Assembly: GCA_036491515.1 (NCBI GenBank)
Contig: DASXBV010000064.1
Coordinates: 1-36,231 of the forward strand
DNA from: Chthoniobacterales bacterium
GTDB taxonomy: Bacteria; Verrucomicrobiota; Verrucomicrobiia; Chthoniobacterales; JAFAMB01
DNA: 36,231 nt
Reading direction: 5' to 3'
Shown: positions 17,313 through 26,689 of the stretch, in pieces
Layout of the letters: every line of letters begins with the position of its first letter
Numbering within the stretch: position 1 is the stretch's first letter
Translations under genes and position numbers: made by a program
The notes under the pieces: generated by a model
What the model was told of the DNA's origin: nothing
What the model saw: the letters and a program-made list of their open reading frames with translations, nothing else
Databases searched by the model: none

Positions 17313-17522
17313 TTAGTTGAATGGCAGGTTTTCTTTAATCCGCGCCTCGTCAGTTTTGTCGAGAACGCCGGTCTTAGCGAGTTGACGCTTGCGCTTCGCA
17401 TTTTTCGACACCAGAAAGTGTCTATGGCCAGCGTGGCCGCGAAGCACCTTGCCGGTCGCCGTCACCTTGAAGCGTTTCGCCACCGCTTTCTTTGTTTTGC
17501 GTCTCGCTATCGGTTTTGGCAT
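17313..17522 (-). CDS. rpmI: 50S ribosomal protein L35
   Basis: The ATG at 17522 gives MPKPIARRKTKKAVAKRFKVTATGKV (69 aa), which is canonical L35. The track ORF start (17603) would overlap the regulator gene. Confidence 0.9.
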   Translation of the reverse strand: MPKPIARRKTKKAVAKRFKVTATGKVLRGHAGHRHFLVSKNAKRKRQLAKTGVLDKTDEARIKENLPFN

Positions 17523-17581
17523 AAGAAGTCGCCAATCTATCTCCAAGATTTCAGTTAGCAACTGGAATCTGCGCCGGCTTA

Positions 17582-18238
17582 TCACTGCAGAATGAAGCTG
17601 CACTGGTACAGACCCGATGCTCTCTGTTCTTCTCGGTCAACGCGCACCCCCAGAACCCGCTCCAGCATTTCGCGCTCTAAGCGTCTGACGAGCGGAAAGG
17701 CATCCAGCAAATCCAAAATCGGCGAGTGATACTCCACGATCACCGTCGGTTCACGATTCGCGACTTCGGACATATAGCCTTCTTGATCCCGCATCTTTGC
17801 GAGCATCTCAGCCAATTCCAAGACTGTCTCCCCGCGCAGCCTCCGCATGTATTCCTCGGTCTTCGCGGTGAAGACTGAATACAACAGCTTTTCAGCGGCT
17901 GCATGACCGTAGAGTCGGTTTGCGGCATTCAGGATTTCGATGGTAGCTCCATTGCTGGCAGTCGGGAAAAACGTCTGCGCCTTTGGAGTCAGTCTATAGA
18001 CCATTTCTGGGCGTCCAACCGGTTTTGGACGCCGCCAGGTGTCGACGTAACCTTGCCGCTCAAGCTCCTCGCAGTGCTGCTTAACGCCCATGTAACTGAG
18101 TTTCAGCCGCTCGCCGAGTTCGTTGACAGAAAGTCCCTGCGTTTTCTTAAGAGTTTCAATTATGCGCATCCTTTGAGAGCGGCCAACCTCGCTTATTCGC
18201 TTCATCGGATTTCGATATGAAAACGGCTGGCCCGACAT
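17582..18238 (-). CDS. Winged-helix transcriptional regulator (ArsR/SufR-like, COG2345-type)
   Basis: 218 aa. The N-terminal wHTH reads RIIETLKKTQGLSVNELGERLKLSYMGVKQHCEELERQGYV followed by GRPEMVYRLT. The cysteine cluster of true SufR is absent. Confidence 0.65.
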   Translation of the reverse strand: MSGQPFSYRNPMKRISEVGRSQRMRIIETLKKTQGLSVNELGERLKLSYMGVKQHCEELERQGYVDTWRRPKPVGRPEMVYRLTPKAQTFFPTASNGATIEILNAANRLYGHAAAEKLLYSVFTAKTEEYMRRLRGETVLELAEMLAKMRDQEGYMSEVANREPTVIVEYHSPILDLLDAFPLVRRLEREMLERVLGVRVDREEQRASGLYQCSFILQ

Positions 18239-18285
18239 TTACCAGCCCAGCCGCAGCTTAAGCACTCAATCGAGCGGTTCCTTGG

Positions 18286-19704
18286 TTACTTACCAACTTT
18301 TACGATCGAATAGGTCTTTACCCCCTTGCGATCCAGCAAAAGCAACAGGTTTGGCTTACCTTTCTGCTCGGCTAACGCCTTCTGAAATGACTCCGTGTTG
18401 GTAACCTGGTTTCGCCCGACCTCGGTGATCACATCTCCTCTTTGAATATCAGCCACCGCGGCAGGACTGTTTGGCGCCACCTCGGTCACAACAACTCCAG
18501 AATCCGACTTCAGCCCCAACTCCTGCTTTAACGTTGGGGTCACATCCTGAACCTGTACGCCGAAGTTGGAGGCCAAGTCCTCGCCTTGCGAAGGCTCCGG
18601 CTGGACGCTCGCCAGCTTGGTCGTATCGCCCGGCAGTTCTTCCGTCTTCACCGTGACCGTAATCTTTCTTCCGTTCCGCCAAACCCCCAAATTAACTTGT
18701 TCCCCCACTTTCTTCTTCAGAATCTCGTTCTGAAGTTCCCGGGCACTTGTCACCGGAACGCCATCCACATCAGTGATCACATCCGCAGGCCGCAAATCGC
18801 TCTTCGCGGCCGGTGTGTCAGCCTGAATTGTGCGCACAACCACTCCTTTGTCTACGCCTTTGAATACTTCCGTGCGATTCTGGTCGTTGAGACTCTCAAT
18901 AATAATCCCTAACCAAGGACGAACGATTTTTCCTGAGGCGATGAGTTGGTCGCTCACCTGCTTGGCCAAGTTGCTTGAAATCGCAAAACCGAGCCCTCGG
19001 TTCAAGCCATGGATCAGGGTATTCATACCAATCACCCTGCCATCGATATCACATAGCGGACCGCCACTGTTCCCGGGATTGATCGCCGCGTCAGTCTGAA
19101 TGTAATCTTCATATTTGTCCGGCAAGAGTTCATTGCGGCCTTTTGCGCTTACCACTCCGGTCGTGAATGTGTAAGCGAATTTGTAAGGAGTGCCAATCGC
19201 ACAGACGATCTGGCCGACTTTCACTTGATCGCTGTTTGCGAAGTCGATCGACGGAAGACCGGTGGCGTCGATTTTTATTACCGCGACGTCGGTTCGGTCA
19301 TCAGACCCGATGAGCTTGGCCGCGAAACTTCGTCCGTCTTTCAGCTTGACATTAATCTTATCTTCGCCGTCGACTACGTGGTTATTCGTGATGATGTAGC
19401 CATCCTGACGCACGATGAATCCGGAGCCCTCGCTCTGATCGGGCTGCTCACTCTCGTCCTTGGGACCGCGGAAGAAAAAATCAAACCCATCCAGAGGGTT
19501 GGAAGGATTGACGGATCGTCCATTCTTTTCGACATCCACGACAACAACGGCCGGAGCGACCTTTTCGTAAACCTCCGTATACGCGTCGTTTAGTTGGTGC
19601 GCAATATCCTTAGCGGTGTTTGAAGCCGGCGCTTGGGCGAAAAGCGTAGGAGTTAGCAGGAGTCCCCCGATAGCGAGGGCCGAAACACGATGAATGACGC
19701 TCAT
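18286..19704 (-). CDS. htrA: Periplasmic serine endoprotease HtrA/DegP family with two PDZ domains
   Basis: The ATG at 19704 gives a signal-peptide-like start, MSVIHRVSALAIGGLLLTPTLFAQAP. Catalytic contexts TNNHVV, DVAVIKI and GNSGGPL are present, followed by two PDZ-like segments. Confidence 0.9.
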   Translation of the reverse strand: MSVIHRVSALAIGGLLLTPTLFAQAPASNTAKDIAHQLNDAYTEVYEKVAPAVVVVDVEKNGRSVNPSNPLDGFDFFFRGPKDESEQPDQSEGSGFIVRQDGYIITNNHVVDGEDKINVKLKDGRSFAAKLIGSDDRTDVAVIKIDATGLPSIDFANSDQVKVGQIVCAIGTPYKFAYTFTTGVVSAKGRNELLPDKYEDYIQTDAAINPGNSGGPLCDIDGRVIGMNTLIHGLNRGLGFAISSNLAKQVSDQLIASGKIVRPWLGIIIESLNDQNRTEVFKGVDKGVVVRTIQADTPAAKSDLRPADVITDVDGVPVTSARELQNEILKKKVGEQVNLGVWRNGRKITVTVKTEELPGDTTKLASVQPEPSQGEDLASNFGVQVQDVTPTLKQELGLKSDSGVVVTEVAPNSPAAVADIQRGDVITEVGRNQVTNTESFQKALAEQKGKPNLLLLLDRKGVKTYSIVKVGK

Positions 19705-19847
19705 ATAGCAAGTAGAACTTTGACGGAAGCGGTTTGGCGCCCGTTCAATATGGGAATGTGGCAGCAGAAACGCTAGAAGCAAGCCGGGTGCACAAATTGA
19801 CAATTGGAAGTGCGCACCTAGTATTTGTACCAACTAGTCAATCAAAC

Positions 19848-21044
19848 ATGCAAAGCTTAGCTGAAACCGCCGATAAGCGGTTCCTTTCGTTCGCTCCCGG
19901 CTTTTGGCAAAATATCGCTCCCGAGCTCTGGAACGACTGGAAATGGCAACTCAAAAACCGGGTCACCAACCTGCAGCAACTCGAACAGAAGATCGCGCTT
20001 ACGCGCGAAGAGCGCGCCGGCGTAATTTTGTCCGGAAACAAGCTTGCGCTCGCGGTTACACCTCATTTTTTTAATCTCATCGACCCGGAAGATCCAAACT
20101 GTCCGATCCGTCGCCAGGTCGTCCCGCGCGTCGAAGAGTCCGACCGGTCCCCTCTGGAGATGGCCGATCCGTGCGGCGAAGATTCTCACATGCCCGTTCC
20201 GGGTCTCGTCCATCGGTATCCCGATCGCGTGCTTTTTCTGGTCACGGATCGATGCGCATCCTATTGCCGCTACTGCACTCGCAGCCGTGTCGTCAGTGGC
20301 GTCGGCGAACAAGAGTTGCATACCGATTTCGAACAAGCCTACCGGTATCTGGAAGCTCACACAGAGGTTCGCGACGTCTTGCTTTCCGGCGGAGACGCCT
20401 TACTCCTTTCTGACGACAAGCTCCGTGGGATCTTGCGCCGTTTGCGCGCTATCGAACATATCGAGTTTGTGCGGATCGGGACTCGTGTCCCGATCTTCCT
20501 GCCGCAGCGGATCACCGCCGGACTGTGCCAGATGCTTCAGGAATTTCACCCACTTTGGATGAGCGTTCACGTCAATCATCCCCGCGAGCTGACGATTGAG
20601 GTCAAGGCTGCTTTGGAACGTCTCGTCAACCATGGAATACCGCTTGGAAACCAAAGCGTGCTCTTGAAGGGTGTGAACGATGATCTCGATGTCATGAGGG
20701 CGTTGGTACACAAACTCGTGATGTGCCGGGTACGTCCATATTACCTTTATCAGTGCGACCTCATTCATGGCTCAGCGCACCTGCGCACTTCGGTAGCCAA
20801 AGGGATCGAAATCATCGAAGGCTTGCGGGGTTACACTACCGGTTACGCAGTGCCTCAATTCGTCATCGACGCTCCAGGGGGCGGAGGCAAGGTCCCGATC
20901 AATCCCGGATACATCCTTTACCACGATCATGAAAAAATCGTGATCCGAAACTACGAGGGTAAAATTTTCGAGTATCCGGAACAAGAGATGACTGAATATT
21001 TGCCACGCCACGCCGAAGACGCGGACGAATTCTTATACTCGTGA
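19848..21044 (+). CDS. kamA: KamA-family radical SAM lysine 2,3-aminomutase
   Basis: 398 aa counted from the ATG at 19848. Radical SAM cluster motif CASYCRYCTRS, plus WNDWKWQLKNR and PYYLYQCD, which are typical of the KamA/EpmB family. A KamA versus EpmB role cannot be separated here. Confidence 0.8.
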   Translation: MQSLAETADKRFLSFAPGFWQNIAPELWNDWKWQLKNRVTNLQQLEQKIALTREERAGVILSGNKLALAVTPHFFNLIDPEDPNCPIRRQVVPRVEESDRSPLEMADPCGEDSHMPVPGLVHRYPDRVLFLVTDRCASYCRYCTRSRVVSGVGEQELHTDFEQAYRYLEAHTEVRDVLLSGGDALLLSDDKLRGILRRLRAIEHIEFVRIGTRVPIFLPQRITAGLCQMLQEFHPLWMSVHVNHPRELTIEVKAALERLVNHGIPLGNQSVLLKGVNDDLDVMRALVHKLVMCRVRPYYLYQCDLIHGSAHLRTSVAKGIEIIEGLRGYTTGYAVPQFVIDAPGGGGKVPINPGYILYHDHEKIVIRNYEGKIFEYPEQEMTEYLPRHAEDADEFLYS

Positions 21045-21148
21045 TGGCGCGGGGGGGAAACGTATCGGCGTATCGGCGTTTGCAAAGCACCACCACCCGC
21101 CCCGGGCTTTTCTGTGGACCATCGATCCTGCCTGCTGTAACTGCATCC

Positions 21149-22318
21149 ATGGCTGGGATCGTTGTTAAACCACGCGCGCGGATCTTTCACGGACACGATT
21201 GGGTCTATGCCTCCGAGGTTCTTAAAACGTTTGGTGACCCTCAGCCCGGTGATGTTATATCGCTAAAGGACGGCCAAGATAGATTGTTAGGATCGGCCAT
21301 CTACAATCCTAAATCACAGATTGTCGCAAGACGATTCTCCCGGCGCAAACAAGATTTGGACCATGATTTCTTTGTTCGGAGGATCAGCCAGGCGATCGCT
21401 TCGCGCGAAAAACTCGGAGTCCACCGAAACCCTGGTCGCGTCGTCTGGAGTGAAAGCGACGGATTGCCCGGAGTGATTCTCGATCGGTACGGATCACATC
21501 TGGTGTTGCAAACTCTTACGCTAGCAATGGACCAGAGAAAGGAGCGGATAGTCGAGGCGGCCCAACAGCTGTTATCGCCCAGCTCGATCATCGAAAGGAA
21601 TGACGCTCCAATACGGAAAGCTGAAGGCCTCGATCTTGTCGCCGGCATCCTTACCGGGGAGAAACAAGCCTGCATCCAGCTCGAGTCCAAAGGTATGCGT
21701 TTCCACGTTGACCTCCTTATGGGACACAAAACCGGACTGTATCTGGACCAGCTGGACAATTACGATGCTGTTGCAGAGCTTGCCAATGGACTGCGGGTCC
21801 TCGATTGTTTTTCCAATCAAGGCGCATTTGCGATAGCCTGCGCCAGAGCCGGCGCTTCCGCGGTGACGGCGGTCGAGATCAGCGGTGATTTGGTCAAGTC
21901 GATTGATGAGAACGCTCAGTTGAATGGCGTCACTATCACGACGGAGGAAGCAAACGTGTTCGACTATTTGGCAAGGGAGATCCAGGAGAACGTGCAGTTC
22001 GATTTGATCGTCCTGGACCCGCCTTCCTTCGCCAAATCTAAAGATTCGCTTAACAGCGCATGGCGAGGCTACAAAGAGATCCATATGCGCGCTCTCCAAT
22101 TGCTGCCGCCGGACGGGTTTTTAGCCACCTTCTCCTGCTCTCATCACGTTTCCCGCGAAATGTTTCAAGAGATGATCGTTGACGCAAGCGTGGACGCGAA
22201 ACGGCACGTTCGAATCTTGAAGTATTTGTCGCAGCCGCTCGACCACCCTATTCTGCCCCATATTCCCGAGACCGAGTATCTCAAAGGCTACCTCCTCCAG
22301 GTACTCCCGGCGAGATAG
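21149..22318 (+). CDS. rlmI: Class I SAM-dependent rRNA methyltransferase with N-terminal PUA-like domain (RlmI-like)
   Basis: 389 aa counted from the ATG at 21149 (MAGIVVKPRARIFHGHDWVYASEV). SAM-binding segment VLDCFSNQGAFA and motif IV LDPPSFAKSK. The start is uncertain; the track start 21041 adds an R/P-rich leader. Confidence 0.7.
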   Translation: MAGIVVKPRARIFHGHDWVYASEVLKTFGDPQPGDVISLKDGQDRLLGSAIYNPKSQIVARRFSRRKQDLDHDFFVRRISQAIASREKLGVHRNPGRVVWSESDGLPGVILDRYGSHLVLQTLTLAMDQRKERIVEAAQQLLSPSSIIERNDAPIRKAEGLDLVAGILTGEKQACIQLESKGMRFHVDLLMGHKTGLYLDQLDNYDAVAELANGLRVLDCFSNQGAFAIACARAGASAVTAVEISGDLVKSIDENAQLNGVTITTEEANVFDYLAREIQENVQFDLIVLDPPSFAKSKDSLNSAWRGYKEIHMRALQLLPPDGFLATFSCSHHVSREMFQEMIVDASVDAKRHVRILKYLSQPLDHPILPHIPETEYLKGYLLQVLPAR

Positions 22319-22381
22319 TAGCATGAACAAAACACAGATTTTCGTTGCGGCGGCGCCCGTTTTCCGGACAATGCATGGTTC

Positions 22382-22993
22382 ATGTCGGAGAGTATGAAAG
22401 AACCGCTTCTCGACCTACCAGAGGAGCGATCGACGCCACCTGAAATGCTCGATTCGCAGGTCCAACGGGCTCAAGAACAGCTCCTGCAGCTGAAGCGCCA
22501 GCAGGAACTCATCGAAAAACAGAAACGTGAACTCGAAGAGCTCAGCCGGAAACAGGATGAGCTCGAAAAGGGTCGCGCCGACATGATCGAAAAGCTAAGC
22601 CGATCGCTCGTGGTGATCGAGCGCGAAACCTATGAAGCCGAGAAACGGGTGGAACAGTTGCGGGCCACGAACGCAACCTTTGCACAGCACCTCGACACCC
22701 TCGAAGCTATCAATCCGAAAAGTTGGAACAATTCGGATCTCCACAAGGAATTGAGCAAGGCATTGAGCGCGGTAGATGACGCCCGGGCTGAGTATACAAA
22801 ATCTCTCACCAAAATTAACGCCAAATCCGACGCAGAGGTGATTGACCCGCGTTCGACGGTTGAGGAAACTTACTACTCCGCACCGGATGATGCCAGTTTC
22901 CTGCAGTGGCTCAAGCGCGGCTTCGCATTTACGCTCCCCTTGTTGATTTTTGGGTTAAGCGCACTTCTGGTTTTCTACTTTATGCATGGCTGA
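22382..22993 (+). CDS. Tail-anchored coiled-coil protein (hypothetical)
   Basis: 203 aa. A long E/K/Q/L-rich heptad region (QEQLLQLKRQQELIEKQKRELEELSRKQDELEK) and a single C-terminal TM segment, FAFTLPLLIFGLSALLVFYFM. Confidence 0.6.
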   Translation: MSESMKEPLLDLPEERSTPPEMLDSQVQRAQEQLLQLKRQQELIEKQKRELEELSRKQDELEKGRADMIEKLSRSLVVIERETYEAEKRVEQLRATNATFAQHLDTLEAINPKSWNNSDLHKELSKALSAVDDARAEYTKSLTKINAKSDAEVIDPRSTVEETYYSAPDDASFLQWLKRGFAFTLPLLIFGLSALLVFYFMHG

Positions 22994-23005
22994 TACTGTT
23001 GAGTG

Positions 23006-23386
23006 ATGGGACGCCGACGATTTCACGACTCTCCGATCTCAGCGAAAAAAGACGAGCTCGCAAAAAAAGAAGAAGAGCTGCGTCGGGAGATGGAAGAATT
23101 GCAGCGAACGATCGAGGAAGCTCCCAAATTGGCTCAAGCCGAAGAAGAACGCCAACGACAAGAGAGGATCGCGCGTGCTTCTACCAGGCGCAGCCCGTTC
23201 GATTCCCCCGATATTTTGCAAGATTCGCGCCACGGGGAGGACCTGTTTTCGGAGCGTCCGCGTCGCCCACGGCGTGCGCAACGGCGTCAGGCGCGCATGC
23301 GCCTAATGATCTCCTGCCTAGCCGTCTTGGCCCTCGCCGCGATTGTGATCTTCCTCGCAATTCAAATGTTCAACCATCTACCATGA
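23006..23386 (+). CDS. Tail-anchored coiled-coil protein (hypothetical), translationally coupled to gatC
   Basis: About 126 aa (GTG at 23003 or ATG at 23006). Coiled-coil segment KKDELAKKEEELRREMEELQRTIEE, an R-rich linker and a C-terminal TM segment, LMISCLAVLALAAIVIFLAIQMF. The stop overlaps the gatC start (ATGA at 23383-23386). Confidence 0.55.
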   Translation: MGRRRFHDSPISAKKDELAKKEEELRREMEELQRTIEEAPKLAQAEEERQRQERIARASTRRSPFDSPDILQDSRHGEDLFSERPRRPRRAQRRQARMRLMISCLAVLALAAIVIFLAIQMFNHLP

Positions 23387-23670
23387 GCTCTACGAACTTC
23401 GACGTACAATATGTCGCCGAGCTGGCTCGCATCAAATTGACCCCGCTAGAGGTCAAGACATTCCAATCTCAGTTGGGGCACGTGCTCGATCATGTGGAAA
23501 AGTTGAATGCCGTTGATGTATCTCAGGTCGAACCGATGGCTCACAGCTTCCAGATTTATAACTTCTTCCGAGAGGATGAACCGCGAGAAAGTCTGGATCG
23601 GGAAGTCGCTCTGTCGAACGCACCGCGCCAAGCGCAGGGATTGTTCATTGTAACGAAAGTCGTGGAGTAA
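23383..23670 (+). CDS. gatC: Asp/Glu-tRNA amidotransferase subunit C
   Basis: 95 aa reading MSSTNFDVQYVAELARIKLTPLEVKTFQSQLGHVLDHVEKLNAVDVSQVEP, canonical GatC. The 254-aa track ORF (22906) is an out-of-context upstream extension of this frame. Confidence 0.9.
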   Translation: MSSTNFDVQYVAELARIKLTPLEVKTFQSQLGHVLDHVEKLNAVDVSQVEPMAHSFQIYNFFREDEPRESLDREVALSNAPRQAQGLFIVTKVVE

Positions 23671-23673
23671 GCG

Positions 23674-25116
23674 GTGGAAATCACCTCCCTGACTATTCAC
23701 GAACTCCGGGGCCTTCTCCGATCCGAACAAGTTTCTCCGAAGGAAGTCATCGAAACATTGGGCCGCCGGATTGAAATGGTGGATCCATCGATCCACGGCT
23801 ATTTATCGTATGATCTGGATCGCGCAGTTGCCGAGGCGCAGGACGCCGATGTCCGTCTCCCGTTGGGCGGTGTGCCCATCTCGATCAAAGACGTGATCAA
23901 CGTCAAAGGCCATCCGTGCGGGTGTGCCTCAAAAATTCTGCAAGGTTACGTCGCTCCGTACGATGCCACGGTTATTACGAAGCTTCGGGCGGCCGGTGCC
24001 ATTCCGTTCGGCCGCTTGAACATGGACGAGTTCGCCATGGGATCTTCTACAGAAAATTCTGCTTTCGGCCCGAGCAGGAACCCGTGGGACACAACCCGCA
24101 CCCCGGGCGGTTCCAGTGGCGGGTCGGCCGCTGTGGTAGCAGCCGATGAGGCCTTCGCAGCTCTTGGGTCGGACACCGGTGGTTCAATCCGACAGCCGGC
24201 CGCACTTTGCGGTTGTGTCGGGTTAAAGCCAACCTACGGCCGAGTCTCGCGGTTCGGCCTGGTCGCGTTCGCATCCTCCCTCGATCAAATCGGCCCGATC
24301 ACCAAAGATGTTATGGACGCTGCACTCTTGATGAACGTCATCGCCGGGCCGGACGGGTGCGACTCAACTTCCCTGGATATGCCGGTGCCAGATTTTACCG
24401 CTGATCTGCAGAAGAGCATCAAAGGACTGAAAATAGGTCTTCCAAAGGAGTATTTTATTGAAGGCCTTGACCCTCGAGTAGCTAAAACAGTACGGGCAGC
24501 CGTCGAACATCTAGAGAGCCTGGGCGTTGAGGTGATCGACATCTCATTACCTCACACTGAACATGCGCTAAGCACGTACTATGTTATCGCCCCTGCCGAA
24601 GCGTCTGCGAACCTGGCGAGATTCGACGGAGTCCGCTACGGCTTTCGCGCCAAGGAGGTGAGCGGTCTTCTTGACCACTACGGCAGAACGAGAGAAGAGG
24701 GTTTCGGTCCGGAGGTCAAGCGTCGCATCATTTTGGGAACCTACGTCCTGAGCTCGGGTTACTATGACGCTTATTATTTGCGAGCCCAAAAGGTTCGTAC
24801 CCTGATCCGTCGGGATTTCGCTACTGCCTTTGAGCAAGTCGATGCAATTGTCTGCCCGACATCTCCGACTCCGGCATTTAAGCTCGGTGAGCGCACAAAC
24901 GATCCGCTCAGCATGTATCTCGCCGACATTTTCACCTTAGCCGCAAACATGGCAGGGATTTGCGGGATCAGCATACCGTGCGGTTTTTTGGAAGAAGAAG
25001 GAAAACAACTTCCCATCGGTCTCCAAATACTCAGCCGGGAACTCAGTGAATCTATGGTACTCCAAGTCGCCTACGCCTACGAGCAGAGCACCGATTGGCA
25101 TAAGGCGAAGCCTTAA
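23674..25116 (+). CDS. gatA: Asp/Glu-tRNA amidotransferase subunit A
   Basis: 480 aa with the amidase signature GGSSGGSAAVVAA and GSDTGGSIRQPAA. The GTG start lies 4 nt after the gatC stop. Confidence 0.94.
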   Translation: MEITSLTIHELRGLLRSEQVSPKEVIETLGRRIEMVDPSIHGYLSYDLDRAVAEAQDADVRLPLGGVPISIKDVINVKGHPCGCASKILQGYVAPYDATVITKLRAAGAIPFGRLNMDEFAMGSSTENSAFGPSRNPWDTTRTPGGSSGGSAAVVAADEAFAALGSDTGGSIRQPAALCGCVGLKPTYGRVSRFGLVAFASSLDQIGPITKDVMDAALLMNVIAGPDGCDSTSLDMPVPDFTADLQKSIKGLKIGLPKEYFIEGLDPRVAKTVRAAVEHLESLGVEVIDISLPHTEHALSTYYVIAPAEASANLARFDGVRYGFRAKEVSGLLDHYGRTREEGFGPEVKRRIILGTYVLSSGYYDAYYLRAQKVRTLIRRDFATAFEQVDAIVCPTSPTPAFKLGERTNDPLSMYLADIFTLAANMAGICGISIPCGFLEEEGKQLPIGLQILSRELSESMVLQVAYAYEQSTDWHKAKP

Positions 25117-25122
25117 GCAAAA

Positions 25123-26211
25123 TCAAGCGTTGGGTTCGCGCATAAGCCGCGCCATTTCACGGAAGAGTTCAAGATCCTGCACGAAATCCTCAGGCCCCGT
25201 TTTCGGCACTCCCTTCCCGACAACGTTGTCATACAAAGCGTTCCATTCAGCAATGAAGGGGTCGCCCCAGCTGGGATGAGAGTCGATGCGTTCAACCCCT
25301 CCGCGACCGTTGCTTTCAGTGACGAACAGCCGAATCGGTAAATTGCGCACGTACGGAGTATCGTACTGGATTCGCACGATCTTTTGAGCGCCGTACACCT
25401 CGAGGTGACCGTCAAATCGCGGAATTGCATCGACGCCAGTTTCGAATTGGCAAACGTACGATCCGTAGTCGAATACTGCTGACAGATAGCCTCCGTCGGA
25501 CCGTTCTGCTGCAAAGAGCACTCTTTTAGGCATACCGAGCAATTCGCGCATCGCCGAAATATCATGGCTGCTCAATCCGAGCATAAGCCGGTACGCCCGC
25601 TTCAAAGAAGGTTTCGCGTTCGCTCCCAGAGCCTCCTCCACCAGGGCATCATCGCGGTTCGCAGTTTCCTTTTTGGTCGACTCCAGGAATGCCAGATCGC
25701 GGATCACGCAGGATGTCGCGTCAATGATCAACGAGTTCGCCCCGATGATGTCGCGCACCCGGGCATATTTAATTTCGCCGAGATCGCGAACTAACGCGCA
25801 TCCATCCAGAAAAGCCGGCGCATACCGGCGCATGTAGCCAACCTGCACAACAACCCCACTCTGCTTTTGTGCCGCGGCAATCTCGTGCGCCTCACGCAAG
25901 GTAACGCACATCGGTTTTTCGACGAGCACATGCTTCCCTGCAGCGAGCGCCGCCAGCGTGACCTCCGCATGATACGCGTTCGGATTTGCGACCAGCACAA
26001 CATCCACTTCTGTGCGTGCGATAAGTGCTCGGTAGTCAGTCTCGAGGATGCCGACGTTCCAGAGCTTTCCTAACTGTTCCAGAACAGCCGGGCTCACGTC
26101 GCACAACGTGGTGATCTCGTACCGCTCCGGCAATTGATAGAGAGCCGGCACATGGAGTATTTGCGTCACTTCGCCACAGCCCACGATCCCAATTCTCAAT
26201 CGTCGATTCAT
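25123..26211 (-). CDS. Gfo/Idh/MocA family oxidoreductase
   Basis: 362 aa counted from the ATG at 26211 (MNRRLRIGIVGCGEVTQILHVPAL, an N-terminal Rossmann fold). The ATG at 26265 is an alternative start. The 125 extra residues of the track ORF read through pseudogene remnants. Confidence 0.8.
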   Translation of the reverse strand: MNRRLRIGIVGCGEVTQILHVPALYQLPERYEITTLCDVSPAVLEQLGKLWNVGILETDYRALIARTEVDVVLVANPNAYHAEVTLAALAAGKHVLVEKPMCVTLREAHEIAAAQKQSGVVVQVGYMRRYAPAFLDGCALVRDLGEIKYARVRDIIGANSLIIDATSCVIRDLAFLESTKKETANRDDALVEEALGANAKPSLKRAYRLMLGLSSHDISAMRELLGMPKRVLFAAERSDGGYLSAVFDYGSYVCQFETGVDAIPRFDGHLEVYGAQKIVRIQYDTPYVRNLPIRLFVTESNGRGGVERIDSHPSWGDPFIAEWNALYDNVVGKGVPKTGPEDFVQDLELFREMARLMREPNA

Positions 26212-26276
26212 CGATGTTTCACCGGACGATCGCCCAGTGGGTTTATCTGTTAGTTTTGGTGACATAAGTTGTTTTC

Positions 26277-26441
26277 CTAACCTTTGACCGCCCCCGCCGT
26301 GGCTCCGGAGATCATGTACTTTTGGATAAACAGGAACAGAATGAGCGTCGGCACCATCGCCAGGGTCGCTGCAGCCATCAGACTTCCCCAATCGGTCGAA
26401 TATTGCTGCATGAACGATTGGATGCCGACAGGCATCGTCAT
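26277..26441 (-). pseudogene. Remnant: last 54 codons of a MalG-type carbohydrate ABC permease
   Basis: The minus-strand translation is MTMPVGIQSFMQQYSTDWGSLMAAATLAMVPTLILFLFIQKYMISGATAGAVKG*. This parallels the C-terminus of the intact permease at 1038-1871 (LPIGLQTFMSS...VSGLTAGAVKS). An in-frame TGA lies immediately upstream, so about 80 percent of the gene is missing. Confidence 0.8.
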
Positions 26442-26689
26442 TCAATCTTCGTCCCGCAGAAAAACGCTCGCAGTTCGACGATAGCGCGATGTCCGGGACG
26501 CTCAAAGCATAAAGCGGATCGACGGAAGTTACCGTTTGCCTTCCAGAGGACGTCATTTCGGCGTTGAAACTCGCGGGGTCCATCACCGCATCTAAGGATT
26601 CGCTTTTGCAGGTCCTCTTCAGAAAGAGCGAACATCGCCTGATATTCAGTCAACGATCGGCCCCAAGGAACGACATTCTCCAGTTTCAT
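26442..26689 (-). pseudogene. Remnant: frameshifted and 3'-truncated class I SAM-dependent methyltransferase
   Basis: MKLENVVPWGRSLTEYQAMFALSEEDLQKRILRCGDGP continues as ASFNAEMTSSGRQTVTSVDPLYALS only after a 1-nt shift in the C-run (GGGG on the plus strand, 26575-26578). The PWGR...MFAL...GCGDGPASFNAE pattern is recalled from a conserved methyltransferase family. Homology is lost by about 26480. Confidence 0.7.

Noticed and set aside
22906-23670. 254-aa ORF ending in GatC
   Set aside because: Only the last 95 residues are GatC, starting at the ATG at 23383. The upstream 159 residues are R/S/P-rich and overlap two better-looking coiled-coil/TM ORFs in other frames.
25123-26586. 487-aa version of the oxidoreductase ORF
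   Set aside because: The first 125 residues are a chimeric read-through of methyltransferase and permease remnants. The Rossmann N-terminus begins at the ATG at 26211.
26442-26689. Methyltransferase remnant as the modification component of a restriction-modification-like system with the A-B-C cassette
   Set aside because: It is on the opposite strand, frameshifted and truncated to about 80 codons. Its N-terminal pattern matches a small-molecule or generic class I SAM methyltransferase family rather than DNA methyltransferases, and no DPPY/NPPY or PCQ-type motifs are seen.
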